Program-made: the position numbers and the translations under genes | Source: Phoronis australis | Taxonomy: Eukaryota; Animalia; Phoronida | NCBI GenBank assembly: GCA_002633005.1 | Contig: NMRA01000147.1 | Location: 372,001 to 436,000 of the forward strand | Length of the DNA stretch: 64,000 nt | Direction of reading: 5' to 3' | Notes under the pieces: model-generated | Database searches by the model: none | Told to the model about the DNA's origin: nothing | What the model saw: only the letters and a program-made list of their open reading frames with translations | Shown: positions 1-29,127 of the stretch, piece after piece | Layout of the letters: every line of letters begins with the position of its first letter | Numbering within the stretch: the stretch's first letter is position 1

Positions 1-350
1 AGTGTCCATTATTCCATGATAGAATACACGATGACTTGCTCGCATAACTGTATGATATCACTTTGTACTTGATGACCCAGAATAAGGCTGAAATTTGGAG
101 TCTGAACTTCGACGTTTCAGCTCAAATCTACAGTCGTCAAGTGCAAACGTGGACTAGAAACTCGCATAAACGACAATTTACTCAAACACAAAATAATATT
201 CACTTATCTTTAGTTCGCACATTTAGAAATTTCCAACAATAATTTCGAGTATTAGACACCGGGTACTGACATGAAATCAGTTCTGTGTATCTGATATTAA
301 AACATGTGAACATTCAAAGTGTGAAAAATTGGGTGCGTATGTAACGATAC

Positions 351-16004
<15,654 letters not shown>

Positions 16005-17569
16005 CTGACAATGAAAATAGACATTTACTATTAGGTTTCGTACAAACACTTTGTAAGTCCTCATGGGCTCCGGAGCCCAATTTCCTAAGTTTTTGCCTGC
16101 CCTTGGTCGCTGTTAAAGTAGTTATAACATTTAAACGTTTTGTTGTATACTTCATACGAGTTCTATAATAACGGAATGTTAACTTTCGAAACTGACGGTT
16201 ATTCCAATGCTGTAGCTTGTATTAAACCGCGGTTCATAATTCAATTAGACTGAACGTAGCATATTTGGTTCTGGGTTCTGTTTCATGAAACTTGGCTATG
16301 ACACTGAAAGCTTTAGAGATAATATCTATGATTTCTGGCGTATGATGCATATATATTTACATGGCCAAACCTTTTTCCAGCAATTGTTAAGTACGAGAGT
16401 AAGACGAAATTTCAGTCAAAAAATTGTAACTTTTATGAACAGACTCCAGGATCGCTCCTGACACATCTTAACGAAGCTGGCGACATGTGGTGTTCGGTAA
16501 ACAAGAAGGATCCTGACCTTCCTTCAGCAGATAATACATGTAGTTGGCGCTGGAAATAGTCAGCCGGCCCATTTCAGGCGACTTTTCTTTTTGATAGTAT
16601 GCAGTGTTTCCCCTGGGTTTTGAAAGGAGCGTGGTGGTAAATGGCCAAAACGGGGTGCAAAGCCCGTTGCCGCACGCGAATATGAGAAGTTCGATCCTCC
16701 TACTGTGAGGGTTTCGAAAGAAGCGTGGTGGTGAATGCTCAACGCAGATGTGGACCCCGGCGCCACATGCGAGCATGGGATGAAGTGAGATCCTCCCGGG
16801 GGGGGGTTGGGAGAACTTCCCCAGGCAAAATTTGAAAATTAGGTGTAATTGTTGCAGTTTGCTTGTCATAGACAAGACCCAAACCCGACCATCATGTCGT
16901 GGAAGTATCTGGGTAAAGGACACTTCGCAAGAGAAATTGACAATGAAGTGTCCGGCATAGTGTGATCTCTGTCGCAATTGTCTTGAGTGTTAAAATACAA
17001 TTACCTACGAAGTGACAAACATAGAACAAAAATATGTGAACTTTGTAGACGTAATAAACTAATTCGTGTAACGAAACTTCCGTTGATATCGTCTTGCTAA
17101 ACTTAAATCAGTGATAGTGGATTGGCGTTGGACGACATACATGTACTAGGCGATCCAGTCCATGCAGACGAATCTGAGACTGCTTAACATTCAATATCGT
17201 CATTTTGGCGCAGGGCTACGGTTGATTAAACAGTTGGATGTCACGCCCTGCAGTATAATTCACAATGTCTTTCGTAAACTCGGACACGATAAAATGAATG
17301 AAGCAGAAATCTTACTATTTCTTACTTTATTAGCAAGCCCTGGCACTTTATCATTTAAGAAAATTCGTATCGCGGTCTTTGCCTGGTCCCCGGCAGTATT
17401 AAGCTTATATGCATTGTCGGATAACCAGGCAGAAACAAGAAACGAAAGGGGAATGGGGATTGAATAATTGTGTTTACGGGCGCAATTCAAGATACCATTG
17501 TAAAATTATTATTTTCCCTTTCGATCCACAAACGGCGAAAGGTGCCATTTGATTTGTGCTATATCATTA

Positions 17570-17755
17570 TTACTAGCGATCATTTTTATTAGCGATCTTT
17601 TGTACTAGCGACCTTTTTTACTAGCGATCATTTTTACTAGCGACCATTTTTACTAGCGATCATTTTTACTAGCGATCATTTTTACTAGCGATCATTTTTA
17701 CTAGCGATCATTTTTACTACCGATCATTTTTACTAGCGATCATTTTAACTAGCTA
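17570..17755. repeat. 16-bp minisatellite (ACTAGCGATCATTTTT) x ~11-12
   Basis: Direct head-to-tail copies with few substitutions. Confidence 0.93.
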
Positions 17756-19160
17756 TTTTTTGCGTGGCAATGAAGTTTCCCCGTCACGATATAGTGTGTG
17801 GCGGTCAATTTGAGTATGATTTACGAGTCGCGGGGTCAAAAAGGAGCGTGGCGGGCCGCCCAGAAGTTTACACGCAAGGGAATCCGTGATATGGATAAAC
17901 AAAAAATATCGCGTCATCTCGTCAATTTGCGAAAAGAAAATGGAAACAAAGTCTTAAAGAGGGCTAAACTCTAACTGTGACTGAGCGCAAGGCCGTTGAT
18001 AAACAATACAAAAATCTTATTTTAGTGTTACGTTTATTTGATTAAAAGATGCCCTTTCGTTTACACTCAGGATGAGTTTTGTCAGTCGAAAGATGTCGCT
18101 AAGATTCCGTAACTTTCAGCCGTTTGTAAGTTTGCCATATTTCACCTTTTTTTCAAAAGTAGGCAGGACTTCGAAGAAAACTAATAAACAATAACTCACG
18201 GGTCAGCTGTCATCCATTACGACAAAAGTTAAACTAAAATGTTCATAGTGTTGTGATGAATTTTCATTATTCAGGCTTAATTTTGGTTGAGCTAAATCGC
18301 TTTAAAATTGTTTTATGAAGAATTAATAAGTAAATTAAAGCGCTAAACATGTCTTAAATATGATTTTGCTAGAGAGCCGATGGCCATGTACATTGTTTGT
18401 ATAAATAAATACAAATAAAGTTCCAATTGCAATTTTGTTCACACAAATAAAAATGGACAGGAAAAAAGCACGATATCTATTAAGTCGAAATTTTGTCTGG
18501 CATCTCTTGCATACGGTGGCTGTGAAAGGACAGCGCGGCAAATATTGTTTCCGCTGCTAACTCTATCAATAGACTTATTAACTCTATCTATAGACTCACT
18601 ATCTCTATCGATAGCCTTACTAGCTCTATCGATAGACTTACTGTATTAACTATATCGATAGACTTTCTAACTTTATCGATAGACTTACCATATCTATCGA
18701 TAGAGTTTGCACTTCATCAGTCAGCAGACGACATCGGTAACGAAACCGAGGTCGGTGTCTTGCTTGTATGATCATGAATCTCCCGGGAAAGAATAGCACA
18801 TGTGCTTTCGAGATGAGTTGCTTGGTCTGTTAGACGAGCTGTCCATGCTAGAAAATGGTGAGTGATACTGAACTGCTTACTGTTGATCAATTAACGGACA
18901 GGGAACGAGCACGTCAATCATAATCTACTTCCTTGTATGGGTTTGTGCCTGTTTAGGACTCGGCGTGGTGTATCCTGACCCACAAAGCCACGGTGTAACA
19001 GCTAATTAAATCAGTTAAATGATCCTGTACGTTTCATGTATATGCCATACCTTGCTACGGAAAAAAATATCACTGGTCACTTGTCTCGTCATACAGTACA
19101 GATGCAGTCAGATACGGCTCACCCTTGTTGGCTTTATCAGCCATTATCCGGGAATACAGA

Positions 19161-19282
19161 CGGCACTAGTCCGATATAATGGACCCTGACTTAGAGAACC
19201 AGGCAATCACTAAGTTACGGCCGTTATGTAGTGGATGAAACTGATTTTCATAATCAGGGACCATTATATCCGACTAGTGCCG
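19161..19282. mobile_element. Hairpin MITE (122 bp) nested in the IS3EU-like element
   Basis: Arms cggcactagtccgatataatggaccctga / tcagggaccattatatccgactagtgccg are near-perfect inverted repeats. Confidence 0.75.
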
Positions 19283-20126
19283 CCACAGACCCTATCATGG
19301 TTAGAAGGTGCTGCTGTACCTTGAAATTGGTGACCATTTTTACATCTTGTAAATCTGAAAATGCGGCTCATATTTATACCAAAGCTTCAATTATGTGATG
19401 CATGTTCATACCAAAAGGCAAAAAGAATGTACCGATTAACCTTTGGAGAGTACAACAAGAAAAACAAGATTCCGTAATAATATTCTTTCTGACATCGGAA
19501 TAACAACCTTTGCAGTTTAGGGTCATTTTCTCTAACATTGTTTTGTAGTGTACTACACTGTACCTGTTTCACGTTGTACACTGATGTACTAACTAGTTTT
19601 CCCTCGACAGCTTTGTGTTGAAACTAAAAGCTCTAGACAAAAGTAGACCTATTAGAAAACAAACTTCACTGGTCCGATTTTGCAAATGATGCAATTAACG
19701 CACGGACATGCTGCAATCATCTTTCAAATTATTTTTTTCCCTGGGACACCTACTGTGTATGTACTAGTAGTAATAGAGAAATGACTAGGCATGGACCTGT
19801 AGCTTCAGCATAAGCTCAAAATATGTTTTTATACTATTGCAAACATCTAAGGCTTCGGAGTAATAGCTCTTTGAAGTAAAAGCTCTTCGGAGTTCTACCC
19901 TGTGCCCATGAGCATGGCTCTGAATTTTTCACCCCTTGCATTGTGAATGCTGTGAACAGCTGAGATGAAATTAAGCATGTGTTCGTACTGCGCCAACATT
20001 AACTCCTTGGGAAATTCTCCACCAAATTTAAGGTGCTCACCTTACTTTGGTGTTTGCTTTCAAGTGAAATCACAAAACTAAGCAATGTATTTAGGCTGTG
20101 TAATTATGTTTCATCTGTTTGTTCAG

Positions 20127-23100
20127 GAACCCAAGTCAGAAAGTGAAGAAAAGCTATCCCAGTTCCTTAATGAAAGAAACCTTGATGACGAGTACCTCAG
20201 CAAAATCAAAGACGAAAAGGTAACTAAGTATACACATTCCTCAAGGCCATACATTCTACTGGTGGATTTCAAAGCAGAAATCACAGTGACAAAAGTTTAT
20301 CAAATTAGTCATGTACAAGGTGTGGCAGATCATGAATAACACTTCCACATGTTGAACTCGTACAACTTAGGCCCTAGTAACTCTGTGCAAACGATAATAC
20401 ATGTATGTTGGGAAGCCATCACATCAGTCACAAATGTTTTCTGTTCAAGTTTTTCAGTGCTTCCTAATATGAGAGCTGTTGATGGCATGGTTGTAGGGAA
20501 ATATAAAAGTTGATTAAAGGACAAGACAGTTTTTTAGCAAACCAGATCTTTGACACGATTTAATATGGCTGAAGTCTTTAACGTGGAACTTGCATGTTAT
20601 TCCTTATCTCTGTGGTTGCTTGGTCAAAGTAGTTAGAAACACAACATATAGCGATAATGTGAATATGAAGTATGTTGGAAATTGCCAAATGTTTTTATGA
20701 ACAAGTTTTGTGTGGAAACTGTTCCGCCGTAAATTTACTCAACCGTGTCCAGTACGTATCGTAACGTAGTGTTGGGGAATACCACTGCATGACGCAGGCT
20801 AGTGAGCCCCCAAGGTACGTCATAAGTCCAAAGGTCAACTATTGGCAGAAATTTTTGTTTTCACATTTTACAAGTTGTCATTGAATACAACTTCATTTTG
20901 TTAAGCATAGATGATGTTCAAATAGCATTGTCGGTTAGTTCCTGCTGTACATTAGCATGGTCAGGAGCATGTAAATACTAGCATCTTTAAAGAGTATCCG
21001 TGGAAAGCTGGTTAGAATACCCAGAACAATAACATGTATTCAGTGGAGTAACACACTGTAGTAACCATTGGCCACAGTTTGGGTCTCACCTTCCTAGGAA
21101 TCGGTCTTAATTAAGTAAGATGTGATTTTTTATAATTTCATACAACAGTTAAATTACTGAAGAATGCGCAAGAGTGATCTCATAGCTGTTACACACGGTA
21201 AATTAATTCCCAAAGTGATTTTACAGAATTTAATAAATCTGGATGTTCAAAGATTTCTTTGAAAAATGACAAATGTGTATTAAATAGCATACGTTCATTT
21301 CATGTGATGGTGTATTTTTCAATGAGTTCACATATCAGAATTTTCTATGATTTAAAGTAGTTTCCATTGTATTTCCATTGTATTTTTGTGGGATTGGGGG
21401 CTCAAGTTGTTGTTGAATTGTGTCTCTACTGACACTTACTTCAATTTTTGTCTCATATATGTGTCTTAGTTGGTCAACTTTTTACTTTTATTCAAATATT
21501 AAATTTCTGATGTAGGACTGCGGTATGTTTTTCATGATTACATTCATAAAAATGAGTGACAAGTAAAGCAACATTTTCTACGACCAAGTCCTTGTAAATT
21601 ATGTAAATCAGTAAATAAAAATAGTTCACATGCAGTGAGTAAAAACATTGATCCTATTGCTTTTCAGTTTTGAATAGATGTTCGCGCTGATGACTCTAAT
21701 GCCCATTAACAATATTTTTGTTCTAAATATTGTTTAATTACCGGCACTAAAAGGAGACCTGTTTCCGATGCTACTTTACAAAACAACGAAATATTACACA
21801 AAGTAATGACAAACTCTGAGGCAAAATTGAACAAACATGCATTTTGTCATTTTGCGAGTTGTGTCAACTTATACAAAATTCAATGAAGGGTAGCCGCCCA
21901 TTGAAAAATAGAGCAGATCATTTAAAGAATCTCAGTTACATGTACCTTTGATATAAGTGTCATTAAATTTCAGTCTTCTAATTTTAATTATAACACAGAA
22001 ATAACAAATTTTGTTGCCAGTGAAAAGTACTCAGAAATTTAAAAGTACAATTTTGTCTGCCCTATTTGCTGAGGATTTTTTCTAAAACAGGATATGGACA
22101 TGATTTTGTTCGAAATGTTTGGACCCAGGCTTTCTGCTGCATGCCTTTACAGGTAATTCACTGTCCTCTGTGCCATGCAAACAAACTTTATAAAAATGTG
22201 AGTGCTGCTAGTTTAAATTTTAGATCTATGCTGGAGAATGCAAAATGTTTTGATGAACGCGAGTATAAAAAATTAATTTTTTTGTTTCCGCTATCCCTGG
22301 GCCATCATATGACCAAATCCCAGTAGTTCAATCTATCTTTGCTGAGGCCATGAATTTAATTTAGTGGCTAGGAACAGGGAATTGATAGTCAAGACTATGA
22401 CAATGCGAAGTTAGTGAATGTAGAAGATTTTCTGAAACCTCTTAGGGCATCAAAGTGTCAGGTAACCGCTTTAAGTGCGAGAGATAAAAACGTGTCTCGT
22501 AAACTATATATGCAGACATATGCATGTAACCGAAAAAATGAACATGTTTGACTCTTGTATTTTTCAGATCAGTATGAACACATTGTTGCTTATGAGTGAT
22601 ATACCAAGAAGTGGCGACCGTCTGGCAGTTACAGCTTTTTGTTAGAGACAAAACAATGAAAATCATCAAAAAGAAAATCCAGTCTCCTTGACAAATTAAG
22701 GCAAGCTATCGGACGAGTCTATCCAGTGAAACTTGCGCGAGCTTTTGTTGAAGCCCTTTTGTTTGCTGACAAAGACATTGAAAACACCTTGATTGTTGAA
22801 TCATTTTGTCTGGTTTTAAGCGAACTAGACAAGGAAGTAATCGTCAGGTTTCTGAGCGATGGTCTAAAGAACCTCTCAGTAGAGGAGAAAAAATCCCTTA
22901 TGGATATACTGGATAGGTTTGGTTGTAGGGAAATAACAGAGGACACCCTACAAGTGTATTCAGCAGCCTAGCTATGTATTAAAAGCCACGCATACCATAT
23001 TGGCCAGTGGATTGAAGCTTAATACCCGATTCTTCTGCTGTTTGTGACCTGTACTCTTCAGTTACACCGACGCCCCGAAAGTTAATTGAATAAAGTGTGC

Positions 23101-23300
23101 CAGATGATAAAAGCCAGTAAGAAACAAATGTCATGTCTTTTCTAAAGCAATACATTAGAGGTCTCAACAGCATCGAAGTACCCCGCCTGTTGAAATTGAT
23201 GACGGGCTTATGAATAGGTTGCTATAAGACAACAAAATCTGCTGTTTTTGTGGTTTTATTACAAATTGTCAGTGCTCACCGATGTGTGCTGGGCATTCGC
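20127..23300 (+). pseudogene. Transposon-borne spliced SAM-like + HECT-like protein pseudogene
   Basis: Exon 20127-20219 (LSQFLNERNLDDEYLSKIKDEK|gt) splices in phase to 22568 (ISMNTLLLMSDIPRSGDRLAVTAFC); then AIGRVYPVKLARAF...IQQPSYVL...LYSSVTPTPRKL...FLKQYIRGL...LLKLMTG...AHRC with frameshifts and stops. Confidence 0.6.
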
Positions 23301-24289
23301 TGAAATCGAGTGTTTATGTAACAGAGCAAGTCTCCACTGAGCATCAAAAATGTGTATTTCACCTCATCAGGCATATGTTCAGTTCTGTTACACATGATAA
23401 CGATCAATTTCATATAGGCAAAGGAAGGAAACACCCTTCTCCTAAGCCTGTCGCTAGCGAAGTGCCCGACACAAACAGTCGCGCCCGCATGCCCACGTAA
23501 CAAAGGCGCACTGAGACGCAACAAAGACATTAGCATAAGAATAATTGAACATTGGCAACTAAATAAGAATAACAATAAGCGTAAATTACGAACGTCCCGT
23601 CACATTTAGTTCAAAGTACATCAGTATTGAGTGTGGCAGTAACTGTAAGAAAGATAGGTGTGCGATGGATCCAATTCCAATTTTGTTTCCACAAAATTGC
23701 AAATATCATATCTGAGTCGATTTCTTGTGATATATGTATATACATATGCGGATTTTTCAGTTCAAAGTACATGCAGAGTTTGGCTGTAACTATAAGCAGG
23801 ATACATGTAACTTGTTAGATTAGTTTTTAATTTTTAAGAGTCAACGAATCGTCCCTTTAGAAGGTTAGACCTATGGACAATAGCTTCTATTTTTGAAGAT
23901 GTGCTGACCATTGCTTCGAGGTGCCATGTTTTAACTGCCTGCTTATCACAGGTGCAATCAGACTGTGTGCAGCGTCAGTTCGACAGTGTTGATAAATTTA
24001 AATGAGACTTGTTTAATTGAGTGATATGGAGTTATTGAATTTAAGAGTTTTATTTTTTCTAAATAGATATTAAATAAATACTATTTACGTTTCACTGCAA
24101 ACGTTCACATCTGGGTATGAAAATTGTATGTATAACACACAGTGTAGCATCGGAAATAACTATTTGAATTGGTCGTGAGCAATTTATTATAAGACTTCAA
24201 GGGAGAATGAGATAAGCAATGCGTAACTGACAATAGTCAGATTAGAATTAAATTAAAATATTCTGGTGATAGGAAATAGTCATGAGAAA

Positions 24290-24762
24290 AGAGTCCAGAC
24301 AACAAAAAGGGATTGTCTTGAATACAGAAATGGATACAAATTCCATATGGCGTTTACTTGTCGTAAGAGCCCACGTGCCAACAGCATTCGGACCGCGAGT
24401 TCCATACCTCCCCCGAACTAGCCGTTTACAACGTGTAGCTTCTACACTAGAGGGATCAATGACAGATAACAACTGCCGAATTGTCTCTCGTGGTTCTGTT
24501 AAACTATTTGCTACGCACTTCTGATGCATAAATCTATAACGGTGCATCTGACCTGAACTCGCGACTTGTTCTTCAACAAAACGAACCACTACATCAAATT
24601 CAGACTTACTTTTACGGCACCGAAGTCCGTGAGACGTCAAAAAAGTCGCAAATACCTTGTGCTGAGTGACACTCCAAAACGACGCATGAGTACATTTATT
24701 ATTTCATTTAGGGTGAGTCCTGGCTTGAGTAAATCGACAACATGTTTGTTTCGGTATTTCAT
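24290..24762 (-). pseudogene. Integrase-core (IS3EU-type) transposase pseudogene, N-terminal part
   Basis: GLTLNEIINVL...SLSTRYLR...GLRCRK...YRFMHQK...IDPSSVEATRCKRLVRGRYGTRGPN then WHVGSYDK*TPYGICIH, a frameshifted version of GPN..WHIDGYDKLKPYG.IHG. Confidence 0.8.
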
Positions 24763-26434
24763 TTTAATTTGAAACCGATGTAGAAACCTTGATATCGTAA
24801 CTCTAGCGATAGAATTAAAAAGTCTATCGATAGAGTTAATAAGCCTATGGATAGAGTTAGTAAGTCTATCGATAGAGTTAGTAAGTCTATCTATAGTGAT
24901 ACTAAGTGTATCGATAGAGTTAGCAACGGAGAAAAAAGTTGCCGTGCCGTCCTTTTACAGCCACAATTGCATGGTGTAACAAAGCAACTATTCGTTTTTA
25001 TCAAAAAGCCGCACACAAGTCATGTAAATGTGCAGCATGTATAAACTAGGAATAAACGAGCATTCATTGTGCCTGTTTTAAATGCAAGCTTATCATAACA
25101 TCCATGTACACAAAAAGCTGAGTTGTCCATTCAGAGATTCACGTTGACGGAGCGATAACGTTATTTCCTTGTAGGCTTTGACGACTTCAATATTAACGCC
25201 TCGTGGTTACTCTTAACTCACGGGTTCCTGTTGCCTTTAATTTCCTTGGCTTCTTCAATTGAGAAATCTCATGGTTTACATTTCAGATGCAAGTATTTCT
25301 CGTCGCAAGTGTCTTGCGATTCTCTTTTGTTTCTTCAACGTGGCCCTTTGCAGTTTAATTTTTCTTTTACAGCTATGGCTACAAGTATTCTAAACATATG
25401 CTCTCAATCCATGGAGCCGTGCATTGCACAATCCTTGACCATCACAAACATGATCCGCACAGAAACAATGCATCAGCTTAGATAGTCATGTAACCGTTCA
25501 TACTGGAATATCGGACCATTTCACTAAGTCTCCCGTTACGTCAACAGTTTATTTTTCATGACACCAACATTTTTCGTTTTATTCTATTAGCTGCATATGT
25601 TTTTGTCATGCTTTTGCTCTGAAATATGTTTTCTTTAAATGAGATTTCCGAATTTTACACGGAGCTTTGACGAGAAGTTCTCAAAACAAATTGGCCTTAA
25701 CATAAAATTGCAGACATGCTTTGGAACTTGGAAACTGAATTTATTATTCTCGACTTGGTGCAAAATATCCAGGTCTTCCCAAGTTATATCGCTCTTCTAT
25801 GTAAAAAACGATCACAATCAGGTGACTACTGTGGGCAGTATTTTCATACTGTGATATCTGAGTTTATTAAGCATATTTTAAAAAATACAAGGCTTCGTGG
25901 CCAGGAAAGAAATAATTTTTAGTAAAGTTTCCTTGAAGAAATATGTTGTTAATGACGAAACTCTTTTACATCAAACACGTCACGTGAAAACGAATTTCGC
26001 ATATTGACGTTAAATATATATACATGTACATCAGCGTCCCTAACCTCTAACTTTAATTCTTAGAACTGGTCCTGGAAAAGAATCCCAGTATATCCTTCAT
26101 ATGCTCTTGTCTTTGACCCTGCCTTCGCGTCGGCAGTGGTTAAGTTTATCAATGGTAACGTGAACGTTTCTTTAGATCTTTAACGCTTTATGTCAAATAT
26201 TGCAGATCACTATTTCCAATGAATGTGTGAATTAGTAAGGTAATTGTGTTGTCACTTTGGTATGAATAAACCTACGAAAAACAACAAAAAGTACTTATCT
26301 GTTAACACTAAAAGGATATCGAGCATAAATTTGACTGATTGCCTCATTGTTTTGGAAGATTTTTAGCATATTTGTTACCATAAGACTCATTTTTTAATTT
26401 GTAACTAAAATAAACAAAGTGCCTTATACCGTAC

Positions 26435-26459
26435 CTGAAATCGTTTCTTCGTGCTCCAT
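26435..26459 (-). CDS. Candidate first coding exon of chitin synthase (MEHEETIS)
   Basis: ATG GAG CAC GAA GAA ACG ATT TCA G|gtacgg, phase 1 fits the 16004 acceptor; promoter-like ggccatcttg and tgacgtc motifs at 26580-26612. The link is inference only. Confidence 0.35.
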
Positions 26460-27111
26460 TTATCAGTTTATGTTGAGTACAGCATAAACATTGGAATTCT
26501 GACCTCGAACCTCGGTCTTCTTCAGAGCATCGATCGAGTTTCACAAATGAGGAAATAAAAGCCGTCCACTAGATGCGGTGACGTCGCGCTTATAACAACA
26601 CCGGCCATCTTGAATACAAACAATTGCTTACATAAGTACAGCCATCAATGCACTCTTGCTGATAGCATTTTTTCACGCTTTGTGTACAGAATGGTTCTCC
26701 GTTTTGAGGCAGAATGTAATCACCAAACGCTAAGGGAGACCTATGATACGCCGTAAAATTTCCAAAAATGTAACAACTGTTACGTTTTACGTCATTGTTA
26801 CATTTTACGTTGCTAGGCCTCTGTTAAAATGTAACAAGTTGTACCATTTGATTAATTGTTACAATTTACGACGAATGCGCATGCGAGAAATGTGCAGTTG
26901 TTAAATTTTACGAAAGCGACGTCATATTACATGACTTTGCATGGCATGTGTCACAAAGAAAATACAGATTATACACTTTACCGCGTCTTTGTCGGATTGT
27001 TTGAAATGCTGCGAAAAGTGCCAGCTCGAATTTATAGATGTGTCCCTATGTGCTTTCCATTGTCTTTTAAGACGAATAGTTTGTTGGTATAGTCAAAAAT
27101 GTGCCCCGTAC

Positions 27112-27248
27112 CAAGGGCAGATGCAGGACTTTGAGTTAGACCCGAGTATTAGCCAGAATTTATCCCGTCAGACATTCACACCCCCAACTGCCAAATGGAA
27201 TTTGGATGTATTTTAGGGTGGTCATGGCCACCTTTAAGTCCCCCACTG
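27112..27248 (+). mobile_element. Short hAT-like MITE, same family as 42380-42530
   Basis: Shares gtattagccag..tt..cccgtcagacattc.cacccc..aactgccaaatggaat with the copy at 42.4 kb; CA..CTG ends. Confidence 0.65.
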
Positions 27249-29127
27249 TGTACAGTTTCAACTCCAGACAAAAGGAGTTTCCAGGATCAGGTAACCAGTT
27301 ATTTATTGTCAAAACATTCTTGCAATCTTTTGTTGGTACTCAAAGGTCATAAACCAATTGTGTATCCTTCTTTACAGTAAACATGTTTTTGGTAAGTACA
27401 GCAGAAACAATGACATCGTATTTGGCTAATATTTATCGTATTTTTCTGGAACAAACGACCATAATATTTTTTAACGGAGAAGTCAATTTCGGAAGCCAAC
27501 TTGATAGTAAAATCACCGGTTTTAGCCTGCAATATTTTGATTTATTACAGCCAATATTTTATTGCCTTGGAGTCATCTGCAGTAATTGCCCTGCTCCATA
27601 CAAAAGAAACGAGGCCAAAGTTAATCTGATGGGGACAAGTTGTGCCTACCACCTTAGTTGCGAATACAATTTCTTAGACACATTGTGATGCAAGGAAATA
27701 AAAGTACCCATTAATTGCATGTAGGTTTGCAGACTTTTTCAGTGCAAAAGCATAGCTGAAAGCACAAGCTGGAAGGAATGTCATTAATTCTATTATGTCA
27801 AACCTGTCTGAAATAGTGATGGTAGCAACAAATTAAACCGTGACGTGCAAATGCGAGGCCTAAGTGGGAAATAGAAAAATATTTTGGCACTCTGAAAGGA
27901 CATGATCTTTTTTCTCAAACAGGGTCTAGGTCGATAGTCTTGTAGGGCAATAATCTGGAGTACAAAGACATGCACTTTCACTTTCTAATGTCTTTAGAGA
28001 TAAAATACCAATTAGTCCGAAGCACATATAAATAAATACAGTGATTGAACATACTACAGGACGTGAAGCCACGTGTCTCGTAAGACGCCATTGTTTGTGT
28101 TGCAGCTCTCTGTCAACAATACTCGTGGTTGTAGGCAGATAAGAAAATTTGGTATATCAATCCTTTTCTACATGGCACAAAATGCGCATGTCAAACATAG
28201 TTAACTTCAACGTTAGCTGTTTTTGCTCCGTCCCACTTTCAATGAAACCTAGTTAATGTACCTCAGGTGAACCGCTGTGTTCTAAGAATATACGGGCCCG
28301 TACCACATAAAATAGTTGCTTGTTTTGTATGTCCGTTACCAGCGTTTCTAACGACCCAGTGACTCCAGCCATAGCCGACTAGTCGCCAGTTCTCGAAAAA
28401 CATCTGCCTCCAAAGTTCAACTTAACGTAATTTTTGAAATTACACATGATCGTGGAATTGGCCTCAGGTTTTTGAAAAGGAATTATTTCAAAAAGAAACA
28501 AAAATGATAACACGGTGGGTATCATCACGTTTACATGTAAGTCGTATTAAAAAATCACAGTCGGAATTCACTTCTCTGTGGCAAACTACAGAAGTATATA
28601 GATATAGATATATTTTAAAGCGTAGATGTAGAAAAATACATTAGAGAACAAGTCAATGCACCAACGGGTTGTCTCACTAAAGGGTATATGTTTTGGAAAA
28701 CTAGGTTCGAAACATAAAAAGTAAACATGGGCTAATTGCGGTTGTCGTAGTGTTACGGATTAGGTATTATGGTGAATGCAGGGATATGTTTCTTTTTATA
28801 AATTGTTGATCATGCTTTCTACACGAACCAAGTCATCTGCTCGTATTGTTGACGAGTTGAAGATACATTATTCGACAGTGGTGGCTCATCACATTTTGCT
28901 GTGATGTGCAATTAGTCACATCTGGTTTAATTTGTTGATCAAGCATAGCCTAGGTCATGGTGAGGTAGAGACTACCGGATATGTCATTGATCTGAAAAAA
29001 TAATTGATGTTATTAAATATATTCTTATGTCTATTTCATGTGTTAGGTTTCAAATATCAATCTGGACTAAGTTAAATTTTAAAATTAAAATACCCAATTC
29101 GTCCGTGCAAAGTTTCAGTTAACTGGA

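Larger units (their letters stand above)
18512..24966. mobile_element. Decayed IS3EU-like DNA transposon with long TIRs and two convergent ORFs
   Basis: Left end TACGGTGGCTGTGAAAGGACAGCGCGGCAA... is inverted to the right end ...TTGCCGTGCCGTCCTTTTACAGCCAC; both ends carry 21-bp subterminal arrays; flanks (c)ttgca / ttgca look like a TSD remnant; an integrase-like transposase remnant lies inside. Confidence 0.8.

Noticed and set aside
55-127. Possible further CHS exon (FELKRRSSDSKFQPYSG...)
   Set aside because: Needs phase 2 while the best upstream donor is phase 1, and it shows no CHS similarity.
17570-18706. CRISPR-like look of the 16-bp and 21-bp arrays
   Set aside because: Head-to-tail repeats with no unique spacers, eukaryotic context, no cas genes.
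25220-25480. Possible additional minus-strand exon ending at a gtgagt donor
   Set aside because: Stops in all useful frames; at most non-coding.
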